Position numbers and translations under genes: made by a program. Below the pieces are notes generated by a model that had not been told where the DNA came from, made no database searches, and was given only the letters and a program-made list of their open reading frames with translations. Below, piece by piece: positions 58,199-64,000 of a stretch of DNA of 64,000 bases. Position 1 is the stretch's first letter, and each line of letters begins with the position of its first letter. The DNA is from Candidatus Pacebacteria bacterium CG2_30_36_39 (GTDB lineage Bacteria; Patescibacteriota; Microgenomatia; UBA1400; PJMF01): positions 65,620 to 129,619 of the forward strand of contig MNZB01000002.1 in NCBI GenBank assembly GCA_001873435.1, written 5' to 3'.

Positions 58199-59320
58199 AT
58201 GACTACTTTTGTTTTCATTCTCATTCTATCTTTTCTAGTCATAATCCATGAACTAGGTCATTTTTTCCTTGCTAAGAAAAATAATGTTAAAGTCCATGAA
58301 TTTGGCTTCGGCTATCCTCCTAAATTTTTGCGTTTATTCACTTGGAAAAAAACTGATTTCACCTTAAACCTAATTCCATTCGGTGGTTTTGTTAGATTAG
58401 AAGGAGAGGAATACGATGAAAATGCTAGTGAAAAAGAAAAGAAAAACCAAACTGCTTTTTATAATAAATCAGCCAAGGCTCGTTTAGCCATTGCTGCTGC
58501 TGGTCCTTTGGTCAACATTATTTATGCTCTATTTATTTTTTCTATTGTCTTTAGTGTTATGGGCGTTCCAACTGATTTACAAAATAGACCAAGAATTGGT
58601 GAAATTTCTCCAGAATCGCCAGCTGCGGTGGCTGAATTAAAACCTGATTACGAAATTGTTGGCTTCCGTCTTTATGATGAAGAAATCAAAATTAACAAAA
58701 TAGAAGAAGTAATTAATTTTATTAAATTAAATCAGGGACAGACAGTTGAAGTTTCTTTGGTTGGCCCATGCCAACAGCTAACCTGTGCAGAAAAAATTAT
58801 TACTAAAGAAATTTATCTAAGAACAGAGGCAGAAATTCCAGCAGGACAAGGATCGATGGGCGTTGCTTTTAGTGACTTCTATTTTGCCAAAGGACCTTGG
58901 TATTTAAGACCTTTTCAAGGAATGATTTATGGTTTTCAAGAAGCCTATCAGATGGTAGTAATGATTTTAATGTCACTCTGGATTTTGATAAGCGATATCA
59001 TCGCTGGTAATGGAGTACCAGATGGCATAGCTGGTCCAATTGGTATTGTTGACCAAGCATCAAACGCTGGACTATTTGAACAGGGCTGGTTAACTATATT
59101 AGGATTTTCTGGCATGTTATCTCTCAATCTTGGTATTATGAATTTATTACCTATTCCAGCTCTAGATGGAGGTAGAATCTTCTTTATTTTCTTGGAAAAA
59201 TTTTTAGGTAAAGAAAAAGTAAGACGTTTTGAAGGCACTGCCCACTTGACTGGTTTTATTATTTTGCTAGGCTTAATCATTCTGATTTCAATTCGTGATG
59301 TGTTTAGAATCTTTCAATAA
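58199..59320 (+). CDS. rseP: RIP zinc metalloprotease RseP (site-2 protease, M50)
   Basis: HELGHFFLAKK (HExxH) in TM1. PDZ region. C-terminal NLLPIPALDGG. Confidence 0.9.
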   Translation: MTTFVFILILSFLVIIHELGHFFLAKKNNVKVHEFGFGYPPKFLRLFTWKKTDFTLNLIPFGGFVRLEGEEYDENASEKEKKNQTAFYNKSAKARLAIAAAGPLVNIIYALFIFSIVFSVMGVPTDLQNRPRIGEISPESPAAVAELKPDYEIVGFRLYDEEIKINKIEEVINFIKLNQGQTVEVSLVGPCQQLTCAEKIITKEIYLRTEAEIPAGQGSMGVAFSDFYFAKGPWYLRPFQGMIYGFQEAYQMVVMILMSLWILISDIIAGNGVPDGIAGPIGIVDQASNAGLFEQGWLTILGFSGMLSLNLGIMNLLPIPALDGGRIFFIFLEKFLGKEKVRRFEGTAHLTGFIILLGLIILISIRDVFRIFQ

Positions 59321-59329
59321 AAAGGAAAA

Positions 59330-59599
59330 ATGGCTAAAAAACGAACTAAAGCACAAAAAAAACATGCAAAAATAACCTTAACACAAGGTGGTATGGGTTA
59401 TGCTTATGGCCAAGAATCAGCTGTTTCTTCAAATCAAAAAAAACAAGAAAATAGTAAGATAAAAAAAGAGTCTGACAATGGTTTTTCCAAACAAGAACAA
59501 AGCTTTATTATTAAAGATTTAATTAAAACAATTATTTTTACCTTGATAATAACAGCTGCATTATTATTAATTTTTGTTTATACTAAGACATCTTATTGA
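59330..59599 (+). CDS. small basic protein with C-terminal TM helix
   Basis: 89 aa. Confidence 0.35.
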   Translation: MAKKRTKAQKKHAKITLTQGGMGYAYGQESAVSSNQKKQENSKIKKESDNGFSKQEQSFIIKDLIKTIIFTLIITAALLLIFVYTKTSY

Positions 59600-59620
59600 G
59601 AAAAAGGAGTATTTTAAAAC

Positions 59621-60817
59621 ATGCAAAAAAAGCATCTTATCCTAGCCCTGGTTCTTTATGCAGTTTCTGCCATTGGATCATTTAGCGTCTTTTCATATGT
59701 AGATAAATCAAAAGTAGTTTTACCAGGTGGTAAAAACTCCAATACTGGTACTGATGGCACAACCCTACTTGGCGCTTTATTAGAAATTGATCCTCAAGCC
59801 CCTAGAGACCAAGTTTGTCCTCTCAATGGCACAATGTACACTCAGTTAGAAAAAGATACTTGGGAAACTCGCAGACCTCTATTTGTCATGATCGAAAATC
59901 ACCCTGAAGCTAGACCTCAATCTGGTCTTTCTAGGGCTGATTTAGTTTTTGAAGCAGTAGCTGAGGGTGGAGTAACCCGTTTTGGAGCCATGTTCTATTG
60001 TGCAGCTCAAATTCAAGATATAACTTTGGCTCCTATTAGATCTGCTCGTACCTATTTTGTTGATTTAGCCTCTGGTTTTAACCTGCCAATGTATGTTCAT
60101 GTTGGTGGAGCAAACGTTCCAGGTCCAACCGATGCCTTGGGCCAAATTGTTGATTATGGTTGGAATTTACAAAATGATATCAATCAGTTTTCAGTAGGCT
60201 ATCCAACTTTTGTCCGTGATTATAATCGTGTGCCAGGTAAAGAATTAGCTACAGAACACACGATGGTTACTACCACTGAAAAACTTTGGGCCGTTGCCTT
60301 GGATCGCGATTGGACAAACATGTCTCCAGATCGAAAAGTTGGTAGAAAAGTAGTTGAAGGCTCTGACTGGAAAGCTGGCTATGAAGGTTGGACTTTTGAA
60401 AAAGAAGCTCCTGCCGCTGGTTCAGTTAATAAGATTAGTTATGATTTTTGGAGTGGTTATGGTGATTATTCAGTTAGCTGGGAATTTGATTCTGCCAAGG
60501 ATGCTTATGCTCGGTCAATGGGCGGAGAAAAGCATATGGATATTAATAATGATGAACAAATTATGGCAAAGAACGTAGTTGTATTGTTTATGACCGAAAA
60601 AGGTCCTATTAATGAAAAGAAACATATGCTTTATGGCACTATCGGTACTGGTAAGGCATTAGTGTTTAAACACGGCATTGCCACCGAAGTTACTTGGAGT
60701 AAGAAGACTCGTACTTCTGAATTAGAACTACTAGATTCTAAAGGCAAAACAATCGAACTTGCCAGAGGTCTAACTTGGTTCTCAATTTTAGCAACTGGTA
60801 GCGATGTTAATTATTAG
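59621..60817 (+). CDS. DUF3048 (YerB-like) secreted/lipoprotein family
   Basis: IENHPEARPQSGLSRADLVFEAVAEGGVTRF matches the conserved DUF3048 core as recalled. Confidence 0.6.
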   Translation: MQKKHLILALVLYAVSAIGSFSVFSYVDKSKVVLPGGKNSNTGTDGTTLLGALLEIDPQAPRDQVCPLNGTMYTQLEKDTWETRRPLFVMIENHPEARPQSGLSRADLVFEAVAEGGVTRFGAMFYCAAQIQDITLAPIRSARTYFVDLASGFNLPMYVHVGGANVPGPTDALGQIVDYGWNLQNDINQFSVGYPTFVRDYNRVPGKELATEHTMVTTTEKLWAVALDRDWTNMSPDRKVGRKVVEGSDWKAGYEGWTFEKEAPAAGSVNKISYDFWSGYGDYSVSWEFDSAKDAYARSMGGEKHMDINNDEQIMAKNVVVLFMTEKGPINEKKHMLYGTIGTGKALVFKHGIATEVTWSKKTRTSELELLDSKGKTIELARGLTWFSILATGSDVNY

Positions 60818-60884
60818 TAAAAACTTTTAAAAAAGTGATATACTTTTTTGAGTACAAAAATAACTCAAAAATATTTAAGAACAT

Positions 60885-61484
60885 ATGGCAGATTTACAAG
60901 ACCTGATTGTTTCCAGAGTAAGAGTGAAGATGCTAGAACTATTCTTCACCAATCCTGAGGAAATGTACTATGTACGAGAAATTACTAGGGCTATAAAAGA
61001 AGAAATTAACGCTGTTAGACGCGAGTTGGATCGCTTGCTTGGATCCGGACTTTTAAAAAGTGAGCAACGAGGCAATCGTTTATATTACTCACTCAACAAC
61101 CACTATTTATATTTTCAAGAATTCCAACAAATGATTGCTAAAAGCATTGGTCTTGGCAAAAAAATTCGTCGTTTACGACGTAAATTAGGGCAACTAGATT
61201 TTGTTATGTTCTCTGGAAAATTTGTTCGTGGCATTAAGCCTACTCAAAATGAAGTAGAAGTTCTTGTAATTGGCGATGTAGTATTGCCAGAACTACAAGC
61301 CTTAATGAAAGAAGAAGAAAAAGAACGAGGTCGAGAATTGAATTATGCTGTTTTTGATTCTCAAGAATTCGAGTTCCGTAAAACCCGTCGTGATCCATTT
61401 ATTATGGATATTCTATATAGCACTCGGGTGATGGTAATTGGTAATGAAGATGAGTTTGCCCATCGTCAAGTTCAGGGTATATAA
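60885..61484 (+). CDS. putative winged-helix transcriptional regulator
   Basis: N-terminal ELFFTNPEEMYYVREITRAIKEEINAVRRELDRLLGSGLL resembles ArsR/MarR-type wHTH. Confidence 0.4.
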   Translation: MADLQDLIVSRVRVKMLELFFTNPEEMYYVREITRAIKEEINAVRRELDRLLGSGLLKSEQRGNRLYYSLNNHYLYFQEFQQMIAKSIGLGKKIRRLRRKLGQLDFVMFSGKFVRGIKPTQNEVEVLVIGDVVLPELQALMKEEEKERGRELNYAVFDSQEFEFRKTRRDPFIMDILYSTRVMVIGNEDEFAHRQVQGI

Positions 61485-61490
61485 GGACAC

Positions 61491-62879
61491 ATGAATAATT
61501 TAGGCAGACGTCTTACTTTTATTATTTTTTTAGCTTTGTTTTCACTCTATATTGCTTTACCAACCTCTATTTCATTAGATTTTTCTATGGCTGGTCGTCA
61601 AATTAAAGCCGATATAGATATTCCAAAAATCTCTCTCAATCTTTTTGGCAAAAATTTTTCATCTGATTTACCCCTCAAACAAGGACTAGATCTTCAAGGT
61701 GGAATGCAGGTAATTTTATTGGCTGATATGAATGGTATTGATTTACCAGACAGAGAAGATGCTTTGACTTCAGCTCAAGAAATCATTCGTCGCAGAGTTG
61801 ATTTGTATGGTGTTAGTGAACCCTTGATTCAAACTGCTAAAAGTGGCGACCAATATCGTTTAATTATTGAGCTTCCTGGAGTTGATGATCCTGCTCAAGC
61901 TTTGGCTTTGGTAGGCACCACTGCACAACTTGATTTTAGAGTGGAAACTGAATTACCAGCCTTAGATGAAAATGGCGAACAAACAGATACTCAAATTGGT
62001 TTTTTACCAACAGAACTGACTGGTAAAGAATTAAAAAAAGCAGCCACTCAATTTGATCCAAATACTGGAGAACCAGTGATTTCTTTACAATTTGATGATA
62101 AAGGTACTGAATTATTTGCTGCTATGACTACAGACTATGTTGGTAAAAGAATTGGAATTTTTATTGATGGTTATCCAGTAGTTGCTCCAGTAGTTTCTAC
62201 TCCAATCTTAACTGGTCAAGCAATAATGACTGGAAACTTTACTGTTGATGATGCCAAACAACTCGCTATTCAGTTAAATGCTGGGGCATTGCCAGTTCCT
62301 ATTCAAATTCTTGAGCAAAGAACTATCGGAGCTAATCTAGGCGAGGCTTCAGTTAAACAGAGTGTTTTTGCGGGCCTAGTAGGCTTAGGTTTGGTGGTTG
62401 TGTTTATGATCTTAAATTATGGTTTTCATGGAGCAGTTGCTGCTCTAGCTTTGGCAATTTATGCAGCATTAACCGTAGCGATATATAAGATTATGGGTGT
62501 AACTTTAACATTACCAGGAATAGCTGGTCTTTTATTATCTATTGGCATGGCTGTTGATGCTAATATCTTAATTTTTGAGCGTTTTAAAGAAGAATTCAGA
62601 GTTGGTCATAGTTATCTTAATGCTTTGGAACTTGGTTTCGGTCGAGCTTGGGAAAGTATTAAGGATGCAAATTTGGTTACTATTGTTACAGCTTTAGTTT
62701 TAATTAATCCTTTAAACTTAGAATTTTTAAATAGAAGCGGTATGGTGCGTGGTTTTGGTGTTACTTTACTAATAGGTGTATTACTTAGTTTATTCACTGG
62801 TGTTGTAGTTAGCCGAACTTTGTTAAGAGCTTTCGCTCCAATTTTACAAAAGTTTTATCATCAGAAGGATCAATCATGA
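61491..62879 (+). CDS. secD: protein translocase subunit SecD
   Basis: N-terminal TM, GLDLQGGMQVIL, C-terminal 6-TM SSD-like bundle. Followed by secF with 4-nt overlap. Confidence 0.9.
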   Translation: MNNLGRRLTFIIFLALFSLYIALPTSISLDFSMAGRQIKADIDIPKISLNLFGKNFSSDLPLKQGLDLQGGMQVILLADMNGIDLPDREDALTSAQEIIRRRVDLYGVSEPLIQTAKSGDQYRLIIELPGVDDPAQALALVGTTAQLDFRVETELPALDENGEQTDTQIGFLPTELTGKELKKAATQFDPNTGEPVISLQFDDKGTELFAAMTTDYVGKRIGIFIDGYPVVAPVVSTPILTGQAIMTGNFTVDDAKQLAIQLNAGALPVPIQILEQRTIGANLGEASVKQSVFAGLVGLGLVVVFMILNYGFHGAVAALALAIYAALTVAIYKIMGVTLTLPGIAGLLLSIGMAVDANILIFERFKEEFRVGHSYLNALELGFGRAWESIKDANLVTIVTALVLINPLNLEFLNRSGMVRGFGVTLLIGVLLSLFTGVVVSRTLLRAFAPILQKFYHQKDQS

Positions 62880-63739
62880 AATTCATGAAGTGGCGTTGGC
62901 TCTATTTCTTAATTTCTGCCATCGTGATTATTCCTGGAGTTTATTCATTATTTGTTAATGGTTTACGACCAGCTATTGATTTTACTGGTGGCGCTTTACT
63001 TGAGATAAAGATGGCGCAACAAAATATTACTGAAGAACAATGGATTAGTCTAGCTGGTGAAGAGTTGGCTTTACAATCTGTGCAAAAATCTGGTAACGAT
63101 GGCTATATTTTAAGAGGCAAGCCAGTTACTGAAGAAATAAAAGAGGTTTTTGTACAAAAAGCATTTCAAGAGTTTGGTACTGGAGAAGTAGTTAGATTTG
63201 AAACTGTTGGACCTATTTTGGGCCAAGAGTTAATTCAAAAAATGTTTGCTGCTGGAGTAATTGTAATTATTTTTATTCTTTTCTATGTAGCTCGTCAGTT
63301 TTCAGATATTTCTTTTGGTGTTTCGGCCATTTTGGCAATGTTCCACGATTCTTTGGTTGTAGTTGGTGGTTTCAGTCTATTAGGTTTCTTCTATGGTGTA
63401 GAAGTAGATGTTTTGTTTGTAACTGCCTTACTAACTACTCTCTCTTTTTCTGTTCATGACACAATCGTGGTTTTTGATCGCATCCGCGAATTACATCGCA
63501 AGTATCCAAGATATGATTTTGAAGATATGGCAAATCGTGCTGTTAGTGAGACTCTAGTTAGATCTTTAAATAATTCAATTACTATTGTTATGATGTTATT
63601 AGCTTTGGTTCTTTTAGGCGGAGGGTCAATTAAATGGTTTTCAGTAGCTTTATTAATAGGCGCTGTTACTGGTACTTATTCTAGTACTTTTACAGCAGTG
63701 CCTCTTCTAGTAGAGTGGAATAAACGTCGTAAAAAATAG
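62876..63739 (+). CDS. secF: protein translocase subunit SecF
   Basis: 287 aa. IDFTGGALLEI and C-terminal TM bundle typical of SecF. Confidence 0.9.
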   Translation: MKFMKWRWLYFLISAIVIIPGVYSLFVNGLRPAIDFTGGALLEIKMAQQNITEEQWISLAGEELALQSVQKSGNDGYILRGKPVTEEIKEVFVQKAFQEFGTGEVVRFETVGPILGQELIQKMFAAGVIVIIFILFYVARQFSDISFGVSAILAMFHDSLVVVGGFSLLGFFYGVEVDVLFVTALLTTLSFSVHDTIVVFDRIRELHRKYPRYDFEDMANRAVSETLVRSLNNSITIVMMLLALVLLGGGSIKWFSVALLIGAVTGTYSSTFTAVPLLVEWNKRRKK

Positions 63740-63740
63740 G

Positions 63741-64000
63741 TATGTATAACCTTACTAATTACCAACAGCATCAGCTTGAAGTAATTGGTCAAATTGAAGA
63801 ATCATTAGCAAAAAATCAAGCAAAATTTACTATGGTTGAACCAGTAGCTGATTTTGTTAATGACGATAGAATTTGTTTGACTAGCGTTCATTTTCCAGAT
63901 CCAAAATTAATTAACAAGGTTTATAAAGAAATTATTGAACCACTTAAAAAAATTTCTCCGGAACATTTTTATTATCCATCTAGTTCAATCCATGCGACAA
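63741..64000 (+). CDS. hypothetical protein, partial (runs off window end)
   Basis: ATG at 63741, open to the window end. Confidence 0.35.

Noticed and set aside
1-64000. CRISPR arrays, rRNA genes
   Set aside because: No short regularly spaced direct repeats and no intergenic region long enough for rRNA. None found.

Overview
The window looks like a low-GC bacterial chromosome, possibly from a CPR/Patescibacteria-like lineage. Hints for that are the short archaeal-type AspRS, the DUF3048 protein and a Gram-positive-style T4SS, and it uses the standard genetic code.

The two flanks are housekeeping DNA. The left flank (1.4-14.7 kb) carries aspS, a D,D-carboxypeptidase, gltX, ybeY, dnaX-ybaB, rdgB and a glycolysis cluster (aldolase, glpX, pgk). 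The right flank (57.6-64 kb) carries frr, rseP, a DUF3048 gene and secDF.

The middle (roughly 25-53 kb) looks like an integrative conjugative element (ICE). It ends at a tRNA-Glu(CUC) gene whose 3' half is overlapped by a large serine recombinase. It encodes a VirD4/TraG-type coupling protein, a Replic_Relax protein, a DUF2958-like protein, a split VirB4 ATPase, a VirB3-like protein, a VirB6-like protein fused to a pilin-like module, a pilin, an M23 hydrolase and a MacB/FtsX-type ABC pair.

Two candidate novel systems sit in one long minus-strand transcription unit inside this element. The first is a complete diversity-generating retroelement (DGR): Avd, a template repeat (TR), a reverse transcriptase, and a 1526-aa FGE/C-type-lectin target protein, with clear adenine-specific TR/VR divergence. 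Its variable repeat (VR) is in an unusual internal position in the target. The second is a translationally coupled three-gene module: a small three-helix membrane protein, a Thoeris ThsB-like TIR-domain (DUF1863) protein, and an XRE regulator. It is followed by a GC-atypical single-HKD PLD nuclease.

Other notable items: a giant (~1400-aa) Ig-like surface protein interrupted by a single in-frame TAA; a ~4-kb segment (15.3-19.4 kb) with strikingly atypical G/T-ending codon usage; an AT-rich cassette region (25-29 kb) holding a family of ~110-130-bp structured direct repeats that share an identical 24-bp core; and a GC-rich micro-gene at the left flank.
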